Assembly (NCBI GenBank): GCA_965262725.1
Contig: OZ253555.1
Location: 2,144,001 to 2,208,000 of the forward strand
Reading direction: 5' to 3'
From: Dehalococcoidia bacterium
GTDB taxonomy: Bacteria; Chloroflexota; Dehalococcoidia; UBA2979
Length of the DNA stretch: 64,000 bases
Positions 26,875-37,574 of this stretch are shown here, piece after piece. Position 1 is the first letter of the stretch; each line of letters begins with the position of its first letter. The notes under the pieces were generated by a model. The model was not told where the DNA came from, did not search any database, and saw only the letters and a program-made list of their open reading frames with translations. The position numbers and the translations under genes were made by a program.

Positions 26875-28862
26875 CGCGCCCCTTCGGCGGCGCGGCGGGC
26901 GGTGGACTCGGGGAAGAGCACCTCGCCGTGAAGCGATCCGATCGCCGACTCGTCGATGCGGCCGGAGAGGAACTGCCACCAGTCCTGAAGCAGCGAGCCG
27001 TCGGCGATCCCCGAGAGCACGCTCCCGACGCTCGCCGACTTGTAGCGCCTCTCGGGGAACCACGAGCGGTGGCGGTAGGGAACGACGCGCCCGTAGGCCT
27101 CCCGCAGGTCGGGCCCCTCGTCCAGCGTCCACGAGGTCGCGATCAGGACCCTCCCCGGCTCCGGCTCCTCCGCGCGCAGCATCTCGCGGGTCGCGTAGAG
27201 GACCTGCGAGTAGTCCCTGAGGTACCACGCCCACGGCCAGGAGAGCGAGGCCGTCGTTTCCACCATGATCGGGAGCCCGAGCCCCGTCCCGGTCGCCTCG
27301 CCGTAGGCCGCGAGCTCGCGCGCGATCTCGGCCACGTCGGGGCTCGTCTGCGTGTAGATGAGGGGCTCGACCGGCGTGGCGGGGTGGACGTAGGAGACCT
27401 CCGTCCCGGTGCGGAGGGTCAGCAGCCCGAGCGCGAGGACGAGGACCGCGGCGGCTCCGGCGACGCCGAGCCGGCGGGGCCCTGCCGGGGCGGCTCTCGC
27501 TCCCGCGGCCCGAAGCCGCGAGACCGCCTCCCCGGCGACGAGGCCCGAGAGGAGGATGAGCGGGAGCGCCAGGTGGACCGTGAGCCACGGCATCTTCTCG
27601 CCGGCGAGCGAGAGGGAGACGAACATCCAGACGAACCACCAGGCGAGGAGCCGCGCGAGGCGGTGGCCGCGCGCCAGCAGCCAGGCGCCGCCCACAACGC
27701 CGGCTGCGAGCGCCAGGGGCTCGTAGAGCGGGAGCATGAAGGCGTAGTAGAAGCCGGGCTGCTGCCCGCGCTGCACGTCCTGCTGCGCCAGCCAGTAGTC
27801 GAGCGAACCCCACAGCCCCGAGTGGAGGCCGCCCGGGTTCGTGCCGAGCGTCGTGTAGAGCGGGACGTAGATCGCGGCGAAGACGGCCGCAGCGGCGAGC
27901 CACCACCGCCGGTTCCAGAGCAACCCGACCGCCGCCGCGCCGCCGACGAGCACGGTGATCGCGACCACCGAGACCGCGCGCTCGCGGCCCTCGGTCAGCT
28001 CACCCACGGCCGCCTCGACCGGGAGCTGGGCGAACGCGGCGATCTGGGTCGCGGTCAAAGTCCCCACCACGACGAGCAGGTCGCAGTCTGAGCTCCACGA
28101 GCCGAGCCCCCACCTCCGGCGCAGCGCCCCGGCGAGCGGCCAGAGCGCGACCAGCGCCCACGCCGCCGGCAGGAGCGCGGCCCAGCAGAGCAGGCGCCTC
28201 CTTCCCGAGAGCCGCTCGGGGACGAGCCTCCACGCGACGGCGGCGTCGAGGTAGAGGAGCAGCATCGCGGCGGTGAGGTAGGCCGTCTCCTTCGTCGTGA
28301 AGGAGAGCGCGAGCGCCGCCGCGGCGAGCAGCAGCCAGCCGCCCCCGCGGATGCGCCTCTCCCCATCCGCGGGCGTCTCTCCGTCACCGTGCCCGCGCTG
28401 CTCGCGGTAGCGCCAGACGGCGGCCGCGAACAGCGTCGTGAAGAGGGCGAAGGGGAGGTCGTTGCGGGCGAAGCGCGAGTAGTAGAGGAGGACCGGCGAG
28501 AGCGCGAGCAGCGCCGCCGCGACCACGACCCCCGTCGTGCCGAGCCGGCGGCGGAGCAGCAGGGGCGCGGCGACGAGCGCGGCGCCGGCCAGGGCGGACG
28601 GGAATCGCGAGATCACTTCGCTCTCGCCGAAGAGGCGGAAGGCGCCGGCCAGCACGTGGAACTGGAGGGGCCCGTGCATGAGGGGGTCGTGGAGGTAGCC
28701 TCGCCCCTCGGCGAAGTACCAGGCGAAGGTCGCGTGCAGCGACTCGTCATGATGCATCGGGCGCGCATCGAGATCGACGAGGCGCATCGCCAGCGCCGCG
28801 GCGGCGAGCGCGAGCACCGACCACGTCACGGCATCCGGCCGGAAGCCCTGGATCGCCCTCAC
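26871..28862 (-). CDS. TIGR03663-family membrane protein (GT-C/PMT-like)
   Basis: RPMHHDESLH, HDPLMHGPLQF, YYSRFARND, GSLDYWLAQQ, GEKMPWL, YTQTSPD, WPWAWYLR. Start approximate. Confidence 0.88.
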   Translation of the reverse strand: MRAIQGFRPDAVTWSVLALAAAALAMRLVDLDARPMHHDESLHATFAWYFAEGRGYLHDPLMHGPLQFHVLAGAFRLFGESEVISRFPSALAGAALVAAPLLLRRRLGTTGVVVAAALLALSPVLLYYSRFARNDLPFALFTTLFAAAVWRYREQRGHGDGETPADGERRIRGGGWLLLAAAALALSFTTKETAYLTAAMLLLYLDAAVAWRLVPERLSGRRRLLCWAALLPAAWALVALWPLAGALRRRWGLGSWSSDCDLLVVVGTLTATQIAAFAQLPVEAAVGELTEGRERAVSVVAITVLVGGAAAVGLLWNRRWWLAAAAVFAAIYVPLYTTLGTNPGGLHSGLWGSLDYWLAQQDVQRGQQPGFYYAFMLPLYEPLALAAGVVGGAWLLARGHRLARLLAWWFVWMFVSLSLAGEKMPWLTVHLALPLILLSGLVAGEAVSRLRAAGARAAPAGPRRLGVAGAAAVLVLALGLLTLRTGTEVSYVHPATPVEPLIYTQTSPDVAEIARELAAYGEATGTGLGLPIMVETTASLSWPWAWYLRDYSQVLYATREMLRAEEPEPGRVLIATSWTLDEGPDLREAYGRVVPYRHRSWFPERRYKSASVGSVLSGIADGSLLQDWWQFLSGRIDESAIGSLHGEVLFPESTARRAAEGAR

Positions 28863-29129
28863 GGCTTCGCTCTCATTCCGGCCGGCGCACGCCCGCGGGT
28901 CCTCCCGCGAGCCACGACGCCCGCCGCGGCGCGGGGCGGACCCCGGTAGATCCACGCCGGTGGGACCCGGCCGCGCGGGAGGCTCCGTGGATCCGCGATG
29001 TCATGCTCACGTCCCCGGCACCGTGCCGCAAGCTCGCCCCGCCTACCCCGCCCACCCCGCCGCGCCACGCGCGATCGCGTGATGAAGCAACGTCGCGCCG
29101 GGCCGCTCGGCGGGAACCCGGCGGATCCG

Positions 29130-29780
29130 TCAGGGCGCCGGCTCGCGCAGCCAGGCGAGGTCGAACTGCGCCAGGTCGTCGATCAGCCAGTCGGGGGTCG
29201 CGAGCGCGTCTCCGCCAGGCTCGCCGCGCAGGAGTACAACGCGCATCCCTGCGGCCCTGGCCGACTGCCCGCCGGCCGGCGCGTCCTCTATGGCGATACA
29301 TGCCGCGGGATCGACGCCGAGCCCGCGGGCGGCCTCGAGGTAGATCTCGGGGTCGGGCTTCCCCGCCGCCACCTCGTCGCCGGCGACGAGGTGCCCGAAG
29401 CACTCCCGGAGGCCGGCGCCTTCGAGTCCCGCCTCGACCCAGCTCCGGGGCGAGGAGCTGGCGACGGCGATCGGGACGCCGGCATCGGCGAGACGCCCCA
29501 CCAGTTCGCGCGCGCCTGGGATCGGCGCGATGCCGGCCCGGTAGCGGGCGGCGATCTGGCCTCCGTAGCGCGCCTCGAAGTCCCCGCGCGGCGCCGTCAG
29601 CGCGTGGCGCGAGCAGAGGGCGTCCCAGGTGTCCACAAGCGTCATCCCGAGCGTGCGGGCGTGGTCTTCCGCCGACCACGGGAGACCCCACGCGGCGAGG
29701 ACCCCGCGCAGCACCACGTAGTGGACCGGCTCGGAGTCGAGCAGCACGCCGTCCATGTCGAAGATGACCGCCGCCGGCAT
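29130..29780 (-). CDS. HAD-family phosphatase
   Basis: FDMDGVLLDSE, ASSS, KPDPEIY, IEDAPAG. Confidence 0.92.
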   Translation of the reverse strand: MPAAVIFDMDGVLLDSEPVHYVVLRGVLAAWGLPWSAEDHARTLGMTLVDTWDALCSRHALTAPRGDFEARYGGQIAARYRAGIAPIPGARELVGRLADAGVPIAVASSSPRSWVEAGLEGAGLRECFGHLVAGDEVAAGKPDPEIYLEAARGLGVDPAACIAIEDAPAGGQSARAAGMRVVLLRGEPGGDALATPDWLIDDLAQFDLAWLREPAP

Positions 29781-29858
29781 GGCCCGCTCCGTGGAACTCC
29801 GTGGCTCGTGCTACGGGGGATAGGGGCTCAGGCTTGGTTCCCCGTCGGTCGCGGACGC

Positions 29859-29891
29859 GCCGGGGGGCGGCGCATCGCGCCGCCCCCCGGC
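29859..29891. terminator. Perfect 15-bp stem hairpin downstream of the solute-binding protein gene
   Basis: gccggggggcggcgc-atc-gcgccgccccccggc; no U-tract. Confidence 0.6.
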
Positions 29892-29918
29892 TTACCGTCC
29901 GCTCGCGGTGTGCGCCCG

Positions 29919-31553
29919 CTAGGCAGGCTCAACCGTGTCGTACTCGATGAACGGGTAGACCCGAGGCGACCAGTCGAGGATGCTCGGGCGCCAGCCCGTG
30001 AGACCTATCGACTCGAGCGTCCACATCGCCGGCGGATCGCTGAAGGCGACCACCGAGGCGTCGCCGTACAGCTGGCGCCTCTTCTCGTCGTCGATCTCCG
30101 AGACGGCGGCGTCGTGCGCGGCCTCCCACTGCGGGTTGTCGTAGAACTTCCCGGGGTTGCTCTTGCGGTACCACGTCATCGCGAAGGAGACCTCCGCGGC
30201 GAAGCACGACCACGGGCTGTAGTGGATCGGAGCCCGCTTCTTGTTGCCGTAGAGGCCGTCCCGCCAGACGTTGAGCTCGACCGGGATCACGCTCGTGCCG
30301 ATGCCGACCTCGTTGAGGAAGCCGGCCGAGGCCTCGGCGAACGGCCTCGTCTCCGGCTGGTACGGCGAGACGAACTCGAAGTCGATGTCGAAGCCGTTCG
30401 GGAAGCCGGCGTCGGCCAACAGCCGCCGCGACTCGTCCGGGTCGTAGCCGTACGCGTCGAGCCGGTCGGTGAACCCGAAGATCCCCTCGGGCGCGATCTG
30501 GCCTCGCATCGGCTTTGTCCGGCCGGACCAGATCGTGTCGACGATCGTCGGGACGTCCAGCGAGTGGCAGATGGCCAGGCGCACGCGCACGTCGGAGGTC
30601 GGACCCTCGAAGTACTCGATGTCCCATCCAAGCTGGCTCGTCGACGATCCTCCCGAGACCGTCACGTCCGGGAAGCCGGAGACGCGGTCGGCCTCGATCG
30701 TCGGGATCGCCGCCACCAGGTCGATCTCGTTGGTCTCGAATGCGGCGATGCGCGTCGTCTGCTCCGGGATCTGGAAGGCGGTGATCTGGGTCACCCCCGC
30801 GTTCCCGTGCCAGGAGCTGCCGCTCGCGGAGAGGTCCGTCCGTGCGTCCAGGAAGTCGTCGACGATGTACGACCCGGTGCCGACGCCGTTCTGTGCCTGG
30901 TGGGCGGGGCCCCTGGCCGGATCCTCGAAGATGTGCTTCGGGATGGTCAGCACGAACATCGCGCGGCGCGGCATGATCGGGTCGAGCGCCTTGGTCTTGA
31001 TGGCGAGCGTCTGGTCGTCGATCACGCGCGTCGACTCGACCGTCCCCACCCGCGAGATCAGCCGCGAGCCGTTGTCCGGGTTGCCGTAGTAGTCGTGGCT
31101 GAACTTCACATCCGCGGCCGTCATCTTCGTGCCGTCGGACCACTCCGCCTCGGTGAGGTTGAAGATCCACTCGAGGTTGGGCTGATCCAGTTCCCACGAC
31201 TCAGCGAGGTGGGGTTCCACATTGCGGTCACGGCCGAGCCGGGTCGGCGCGTCGTAGATGCCCCAGAAGATGTCGTCGGAGGCCGCCGTCGAACTCGGGT
31301 CGAGCGAGGGCGGCTGCCCCGAGGCGCCGTTCTTCAGGTAGAGCGTCTTCGGCGCCTCGGTCGGCGCCGCCGTGGGGGCGGGTGTTGCTGCCGCCGCCGT
31401 GGCCGTTGCCACCGGCGCGGGTGCCGCGTCGTCGTCATCGTCGCCGCAGCCGATCACGGCCGCGGTGGCGAGCCCGACTCCGCCGATGGTCGCTCCGCGC
31501 AGGAACCCGCGCCGCGAGACGCTGCCTGCCAGCAGCGCATGCCGTCGCTCCAT
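29919..31553 (-). CDS. ABC transporter family-5 substrate-binding lipoprotein, Tat signal, no adjacent permeases
   Basis: SRRGFL Tat motif plus IGC lipobox; LAESWE, WSDGTKMTAADVKFS, DVRVRLAI. Confidence 0.9.
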   Translation of the reverse strand: MERRHALLAGSVSRRGFLRGATIGGVGLATAAVIGCGDDDDDAAPAPVATATAAAATPAPTAAPTEAPKTLYLKNGASGQPPSLDPSSTAASDDIFWGIYDAPTRLGRDRNVEPHLAESWELDQPNLEWIFNLTEAEWSDGTKMTAADVKFSHDYYGNPDNGSRLISRVGTVESTRVIDDQTLAIKTKALDPIMPRRAMFVLTIPKHIFEDPARGPAHQAQNGVGTGSYIVDDFLDARTDLSASGSSWHGNAGVTQITAFQIPEQTTRIAAFETNEIDLVAAIPTIEADRVSGFPDVTVSGGSSTSQLGWDIEYFEGPTSDVRVRLAICHSLDVPTIVDTIWSGRTKPMRGQIAPEGIFGFTDRLDAYGYDPDESRRLLADAGFPNGFDIDFEFVSPYQPETRPFAEASAGFLNEVGIGTSVIPVELNVWRDGLYGNKKRAPIHYSPWSCFAAEVSFAMTWYRKSNPGKFYDNPQWEAAHDAAVSEIDDEKRRQLYGDASVVAFSDPPAMWTLESIGLTGWRPSILDWSPRVYPFIEYDTVEPA

Positions 31554-31818
31554 GAATCCGTCCCTCCCGGGCACTGGAGCCCGTACCGCGGTGGTGCAGG
31601 GGGCCCGGACGCGCCCCCTGCTGTCACACGCGGATCAGGCACTAGTCGGCCCGACTTGTCAATCGCGCGCCGGCGCCTGAGCACGAGGGGGCACACGGCG
31701 TGGTGGCGTGCGCGCGCCCGCACGCGCATCCCTCCCCCGTGGGTCCCCCGCAGCGCGCCCTCCGGCGCGCTAGACTGACCCCGCCGCGCGGCGGGCGGTA
31801 GGGGGGGTTGATGAGCGG

Positions 31819-32244
31819 ATGACACGGACGATCTCCGACCTCGAGCTCGGGGAGGCCTTCCCGCCGATCCGCAGGGAGGTCACGGCCGAGTGGGTGGAGC
31901 GCGATGCCGCCTTCAAGCAGGACGAGAACCCGTGGTACACGGGACCCTCGCCGTGGGGCGGACCCGTGGCTCCGGTCACCCTGACCAACGCCGACTTCAA
32001 CCAGTTCCTCCGGGCGAACGGGATCGAGATGTCGCGGCTGATCCCCGTCCACGTCGCCCACGAGTACTTCCGCCCGATGGCGGTGGGGAGCGTGATCGAG
32101 ACCACGTGCACCGTGGTCGAGCGCTCGGAGTCGCGGGGCCGCGACCGCGTCACCTTCGAGTTCGTGACGTGTGACGAGGAGGGCCGGATGCTCATCCGGC
32201 AGCGGGACACGATCCTCCGCATGCCGGCCGGAGGTGAGGGGTAA
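31819..32244 (+). CDS. MaoC/hotdog-fold protein
   Basis: DENPWY...GGPVAP, HEYFRP, VVERSESRGRD. Confidence 0.75.
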   Translation: MTRTISDLELGEAFPPIRREVTAEWVERDAAFKQDENPWYTGPSPWGGPVAPVTLTNADFNQFLRANGIEMSRLIPVHVAHEYFRPMAVGSVIETTCTVVERSESRGRDRVTFEFVTCDEEGRMLIRQRDTILRMPAGGEG

Positions 32245-32246
32245 CG

Positions 32247-32681
32247 ATGGCAGCCGACTCAGCAGCCGGCCCCGGGACCCAGCTTCCCGAGCTGCGCGTG
32301 CGGGCACAGAACGTGCAGGCGCGCGCCGGCCGGGACGAAGAAGAGAACATCCACGACGACGCGACGGCGCAGCGTCTCGGATTCCAGCGCGGCTTCGTCG
32401 CCTTCGGGCAGTCGCTGGGATGGATGTCGAGGATGCTGCTCGACTACTTCGGGCCGGCCTACGTCGAGAGCGGGCGCTTCGAGTGCCGCTTCAGGTCGCC
32501 GATCTTCGACGACGACGATGTCGCCATTCGGGGCGAGATCACCGAGCGCGTCGAGGAGCCGGGGGGCGTCCGCCTCGTCTGCGACGTCTGGATCGAGAAG
32601 GAGGACGGCACCCGTGCCGTCGTCGGGACCGCCAGCGCGCTCGTCTCCGCAGACGGTGGCGGCGTGGCACCCGGGGCCTGA
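32247..32681 (+). CDS. MaoC-family dehydratase
   Basis: NIHDDATAQRLGF, RFRSPIF, VVGTASA. Confidence 0.78.
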   Translation: MAADSAAGPGTQLPELRVRAQNVQARAGRDEEENIHDDATAQRLGFQRGFVAFGQSLGWMSRMLLDYFGPAYVESGRFECRFRSPIFDDDDVAIRGEITERVEEPGGVRLVCDVWIEKEDGTRAVVGTASALVSADGGGVAPGA

Positions 32682-32739
32682 TCGGGCCTGGCCGGAGGTC
32701 CCGTCGTAGCCAGGCGCCCATGCGAGGAATTCCCCGGGG

Positions 32740-33729
32740 CTACCCCTCGCCCGGCGCCGGTCCTCCGGGAACGTCGCCGGCGGGCTCCAGGCGCGTGTAC
32801 CGAACGCCCGTGAGTTCCTCCGACATCGCCCAGAGCCGGTGCGCGTCCGCCTCGCTGCGGGAGGCTCGCGACGATGACACCACGACCGGGTGGCCGCGCT
32901 CCTCGAACGGGCCGCGCGGCCCGTAGTACCGGCCGCTCGTCGCCGCGGGGTCGACGGAGGCGCGCAGCGTCGGGAGCGCCCCCATCTCGGGGCCCTGTAC
33001 GAGGGCATTGAAGAGCCGGAGCACTCCCGGCGGATGCCAGCGACGCGTCAGGTTGTGAGCGAGATTCGTCGCGGAGAGGCCCGGATGCGCCGCGAGGGAG
33101 AGCGTCCCGGCCCCGGCGCGCTCGAAGCGCCGATGCAGCTCGTACGCGAACAGCAGGTTCAGGAGCTTCGACCGGTAGTAGGCCCGCAACGGCCGGTAGC
33201 CGCCCGTCTCGTAGAGCAGGTCGTCGAGGTCAAGCCGCGCCCTCCGGTGGCCCATGCTGCTGACGGTCACGACCCGTGCTCCCGGCGTGTCGAGCAGCAC
33301 GTCGAGCAGCCTGCCCGTCAGGGCGAAGTGGCCCAGGTGGTTCGTTCCGACGTGGCGCTCGAAGCCGTCGTCGGTCACGCCGTAGTCGACCCCCATGATC
33401 CCGGCGTTGTTCGCCAGCACGTCGAGGCGCGAGTAGCGGGCCGAGAACTCCCGGGCGAATCGCTCGACGGAGGCGAGGCTGGCCAGGTCGAGCGCCAGCA
33501 GCTCCGCCCTGGCGGCGGGCACGTCCGCCCGCAGTGACTCCATCGCGCGCGCGCCGCGTTCGGGTGAGCGGCAGGCGAGGACCGTCTCGGCGCCCCTGCG
33601 CGCGAACTCTCTCGCGGCCTCAAGCCCGATACCGCTGCTGCTTCCCGTCACCACCACGACCATCCCGGTCAGGTCCGGGATGTCCGCCGCCGTCCACCGC
33701 TCACGCCTCTTCCTGATCGCCATGGGCAT
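32740..33729 (-). CDS. Short-chain dehydrogenase/reductase (retinol-DH-like)
   Basis: TGSSSGIG, NNAGIM, NHLGHF, YYRSK, AHPG. Confidence 0.93.
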   Translation of the reverse strand: MPMAIRKRRERWTAADIPDLTGMVVVVTGSSSGIGLEAAREFARRGAETVLACRSPERGARAMESLRADVPAARAELLALDLASLASVERFAREFSARYSRLDVLANNAGIMGVDYGVTDDGFERHVGTNHLGHFALTGRLLDVLLDTPGARVVTVSSMGHRRARLDLDDLLYETGGYRPLRAYYRSKLLNLLFAYELHRRFERAGAGTLSLAAHPGLSATNLAHNLTRRWHPPGVLRLFNALVQGPEMGALPTLRASVDPAATSGRYYGPRGPFEERGHPVVVSSSRASRSEADAHRLWAMSEELTGVRYTRLEPAGDVPGGPAPGEG

Positions 33730-34059
33730 CGTGGCCTCGTCCTGCTGGGAGCGGCTGGATTCGGAGAAGCGGATCGTACCCGGGACATCCCGACGGGAAG
33801 GCATGCGCGCGGGCCCCGGGCTGCTCTCGCTCCCGGGCTCTCGCGATCGTAGCAACCGCGCTCCGCCCGGCACTCTCGTCCCCCGGATGCGATGACGGCG
33901 GCCGAGTTCACCACCCCGGCAACACGCCGCCCACGCTCGGCGGGGGCCGCCTCCGCTCGCCCGTCAGGCCACGACCGGCCACCCTGCAGGCGACGGGCAT
34001 CGCCATCCTCGCGGAGCCGCCGATTCTCGCCCCCGCCGGGCCGGCGCCGATCGCCCCGG

Positions 34060-36384
34060 CTACGGCGGCACCTGGACGATGCGGACGCCGGGGGCGTCGA
34101 AGACGACCGGCCAGCCGGAGAAGCGCTCCGCGACGCCCACGCCGTGCTGGCGCCGCTCCTCGGAGCCGAGGTAGACGTGCGTGACGCCGCGCCCTGTGAG
34201 CAGCAGCCGCGTCTCCTCGGTGGCGCCCTCCGCGTAGGCGCGCTCCACGAGCGCGGTGATCTCCGCGAGCGGCGGGTCGCGGCGCCACTGCAGCTGGTGT
34301 CCCGGCCAGCCGAGGAGCGTCGGGATCCCGCTCGCCGCGGAGACGCGGTTGCCGGCGCCGTAGCTCGGGCCCACCGCCTCCAGCAGCAGCGCCCTCGCCG
34401 GCTTGAGCTCGGCGCGCGCCCAGCGCACGGCCGCCGCCTCGCCGGGCGCGACCCGGTCGAGGAAGGCGAGCGCATCGACGCTCGGTACCTGCCCCTCGCG
34501 GCTCCGGGCCACCGCCGCCGCCGGCGCGTAGGCGAGCGACGCGAGGAGCAGCACCAGTCCCGCTCCCGCGAGCGCCGCCGCCCCCGCGGAGAGGGCCCGT
34601 GGCCGCCCCGGCACCGCGACCGCGCGCGGAGCAGCGCCGCGCCACCGCGCGACGGCCAGCCCCGAGGCGACGCCGCCCGCTGCAGCGAGCAGGAGCCAGG
34701 CGTGGAACCAGAGCTTGAAGACGGTGTTCATCCGCGTGCCGAAGGCGTCGGTGAGGAAGAGGAGCTCGGTGGCGAGCAGGAGCGCCCCCGCCCCCGCCGC
34801 GAGCCCGAGCGCCGCGGCCAGGGCGCTGTGCCCCTTCCGGTCGGCCGCGGCCGCGAGCGCCCCGGAACCGCCCGCGGCGAGCACGAGCGCGCACAGCGTC
34901 AGCCAGCCGCTGCCGCGGTCGAGGAGCGGGCCCGGGCCGGCCACGGCGAGGGTCGCCGCCGCCCACGCGGCGACCGGGGCAGCCGCGAGCATCACTCCCC
35001 GCCCGAGCGCGCGGCGGCTCGCCCGCGGCCGGAGCCACGCCCCTGCGAGCGCGACGGGGAGCGCCGGCGCGAGCCAGAAGAGCGCGAAGCGAAGTGGCTC
35101 CGAGCCCCCGCCCGCGACGAGCGCGAGCCCGAGATCCGGCCGCTCAAGGGGGATCACGAAGGGGAGGGCGAGCGCGATCGCACCGAGCGCCGGCAGGAGC
35201 AGGTAGCGCACGCCGCCCAGCAGGGCGAGGGGCCACGGCCAGCCGACGCGCCTGAGAGCCGCCGCCGCCGCGAGCAGCCAGACGGCGCCCCAGGTCACCA
35301 CGTCCCACGAGTTCGTCATGACGAGCGCCGCGTAGAGCGCCGCCGCGAGGCCGAGCCGGGGCGGGTCGGCGAACCAGCGCCGGGGCGAGAGCGGCGTCTG
35401 ACCCGAGAAGTCCCCCGCTGCGAGCGCGAGCGCGGCAACGCCGAGCGGGAGCGCGAGCAGGTGCGCGTGGAGGTCGCCGAGCAGCAGCGAGAAGGCGGGA
35501 AACTCGGCGATCACGCCGGGGAGGAGGCGCGTCGCGTCCCACCACCACCAGAAGCGGTCCGGTACGAGCCCGGTCGCCCCCTCCGGGCCCGGCAGGCCGT
35601 CGACGCCGAGCGCCGAGGCGAGACCACGGCCGACGCCGTTCGCCCCGGCCACCTCTACTGCCCCGGCGAGCGGTGCGAGCCAGAGCAGCGCGATCACGGA
35701 GACGGCGGCGGCGACCGCCGGAGCGAGCCACCGGGGCCCGCCGCCGGCGTTCCCCGGCCGGGAGGCGCGCCGGCGGAGCGCGAGCAGGTCGAGGGCCAGC
35801 CCCGACGTGGCGACCCCCGCCGCGGCCCCGGCCGTCACGACGCCGAGCGTGAAGGCGGGGCCGACGCCCACGGCGGCGAGGGCCGCGAGCGCGTCCACGG
35901 CGACGTGCCCGAGGTAGTAGTAGGAGATCGGCTCCCCCGCGAACCAGGGGTCGGCCGGCGGGAAGACCTGTGCCGAGTCGATGGCCGTGAGCAGCCGCAG
36001 GTCCATCGGCTTCTCGGTGCCGACGACATCGGGCGCGCGCGAGCGCACGAGCACGAGCGCCCCGTAGAGGAGAAGGAAGAGGAGCTCGCCCTGAAGCAGG
36101 AGCCGGCGCTTCGCCCAGACCGCGCGCCAGAGCTCCGGCCGCCGCCACGCGAGGTAGGCGGAGAGCGAGAGGAGCGCCGCGAGAGCCGCCCACGCCGCTC
36201 CCGCCCCGTAGCCGATGCCGACGGCGCCGGGGAGCCAGGCGAGGTAGGCGAGGAGGGCGAGCCCGAGCGCCCGCGTGTAGAGCACGCCCCGGCTGGGGAG
36301 CGACCGGAAGAGCAACGCGGCCGGGAGCAGACTCGCCCCTCCCACGAGCGCGAGCGCCGCATACCAGGAGAGCGCGTCGGCCAT
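34060..36384 (-). CDS. DUF2298 (Chlor_Arch_YYY) membrane protein
   Basis: GTEKPMD, PPADPWFAGEPISYYYLGH, EFPAFSLLLGDLHAH, NSWD, RMNTVFK, GWPGHQLQWR. Confidence 0.9.
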   Translation of the reverse strand: MADALSWYAALALVGGASLLPAALLFRSLPSRGVLYTRALGLALLAYLAWLPGAVGIGYGAGAAWAALAALLSLSAYLAWRRPELWRAVWAKRRLLLQGELLFLLLYGALVLVRSRAPDVVGTEKPMDLRLLTAIDSAQVFPPADPWFAGEPISYYYLGHVAVDALAALAAVGVGPAFTLGVVTAGAAAGVATSGLALDLLALRRRASRPGNAGGGPRWLAPAVAAAVSVIALLWLAPLAGAVEVAGANGVGRGLASALGVDGLPGPEGATGLVPDRFWWWWDATRLLPGVIAEFPAFSLLLGDLHAHLLALPLGVAALALAAGDFSGQTPLSPRRWFADPPRLGLAAALYAALVMTNSWDVVTWGAVWLLAAAAALRRVGWPWPLALLGGVRYLLLPALGAIALALPFVIPLERPDLGLALVAGGGSEPLRFALFWLAPALPVALAGAWLRPRASRRALGRGVMLAAAPVAAWAAATLAVAGPGPLLDRGSGWLTLCALVLAAGGSGALAAAADRKGHSALAAALGLAAGAGALLLATELLFLTDAFGTRMNTVFKLWFHAWLLLAAAGGVASGLAVARWRGAAPRAVAVPGRPRALSAGAAALAGAGLVLLLASLAYAPAAAVARSREGQVPSVDALAFLDRVAPGEAAAVRWARAELKPARALLLEAVGPSYGAGNRVSAASGIPTLLGWPGHQLQWRRDPPLAEITALVERAYAEGATEETRLLLTGRGVTHVYLGSEERRQHGVGVAERFSGWPVVFDAPGVRIVQVPP

Positions 36385-36427
36385 CCACCCCGCCTCAGGG
36401 CTCCGCCGCCTGCCGGGGCGGCTTCCG

Positions 36428-37387
36428 CTATGCGCCGGCGGGTGCCGGCTCCGCCAGCAGGGCGGAGACGAAGCCCGCCGGGTCGAAGGGGGCGAGGTCA
36501 CCCGCCTCCTGGCCGACGCCGACGAAGCGCACCGGCAGACCGAGCTCGCTCGCGACCGCGAAGACGATCCCTCCCCTGGCGCTCCCGTCGAGCTTCGTCA
36601 AGAGCAGGGAGGTGACCTCGGCGACCTCGGTGAAGGCGCGCGCCTGTTCGAGGCCGTTCTGGCCCGTGGTGGCGTCGAGCACCAGCAGCACCTCGTCCGG
36701 CCCGCGTCCGAGCTGGCGCTCGATGACGCGGCGGATCTTCGCCAGCTCGGCCATCAGGTTCTTCTTGTTGTGGAGACGCCCCGCCGTGTCGACGAGGACG
36801 AGGTCGTGGCCGCGGGCGCGCGCCGCCTCCACCGTGTCGAAGGCGACGGCCGCCGGGTCGCCGCCCTGCCGGTGGGCTACAACGTCGACCGAGAGGCGCT
36901 CCCCCCACTCCCTGAGCTGGTCGATGGCCGCCGCGCGGAAAGTGTCGCCCGCCGCCAGGATGACGCTTTGCCCGTCCTGCTGGTAGGCGTGGGCGAGTCG
37001 CGCGATCGCCGTGGTCTTCCCGCTCCCGTTCACGCCGATGACGAGCACGACGGCCGGCGGCTCGGGTGGCTCCGCGCCGGGACCCCAGAGCCGGCCCGGC
37101 GCGCTCGCAGCCGGCCCCTCCAGCAGCGCGACGAGTTCGGAGGCGAGGAGTTCGCGCAGATGCGCCTGATCGCGGGGGCCCGCTGCGCGCACGCGCCCCA
37201 GCACCTCCATGCTCGTGCGCACGCCGGTGTCGGCGCCGATGAGCGCCTCCTCGAGCGACTCCCAGAGCTCGGGGGTGACCCCGCCCCCGAGGAGCCCCCC
37301 GAGCCGGCCGAGCCATGAGCGCCTGGTGCGTGCGAGCGCCCGCCCGGTCGCCTCATCGGAGTCGGCGCGCGGGCGGAACAGTGGCAC
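36428..37387 (-). CDS. ftsY: SRP receptor FtsY
   Basis: GVNGSGKTT, DTFRAAA, DTAGRL, DATTGQN, TKLDGSARGG. Confidence 0.96.
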   Translation of the reverse strand: MPLFRPRADSDEATGRALARTRRSWLGRLGGLLGGGVTPELWESLEEALIGADTGVRTSMEVLGRVRAAGPRDQAHLRELLASELVALLEGPAASAPGRLWGPGAEPPEPPAVVLVIGVNGSGKTTAIARLAHAYQQDGQSVILAAGDTFRAAAIDQLREWGERLSVDVVAHRQGGDPAAVAFDTVEAARARGHDLVLVDTAGRLHNKKNLMAELAKIRRVIERQLGRGPDEVLLVLDATTGQNGLEQARAFTEVAEVTSLLLTKLDGSARGGIVFAVASELGLPVRFVGVGQEAGDLAPFDPAGFVSALLAEPAPAGA

Positions 37388-37574
37388 GGCGACCTCCCAC
37401 GGGATCTCCCGACGGTCCCCCGGCGGGGGCGCGGCGGGGTGAGCCCTCGCCCCGGATCGTAGCGAGTCGCGGCGCACGTGCGCCACGCGGGCCCTGCTCC
37501 TCGCCCTGTGGCACACTTGGCCCGCCAGCCGCGCCGCGGCCGGGGGAACGGGGATTCCGGGCGAGGGAGGATCG

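Noticed and set aside
20104-36615. Very long alternative-frame ORFs (e.g. 20104-22206, 28998-31778, 33892-36615; also 45482-47551, 60267-62327)
   Set aside because: Arg/Ala/Pro/Gly-rich shadows of real genes, expected at this GC content; no motifs.
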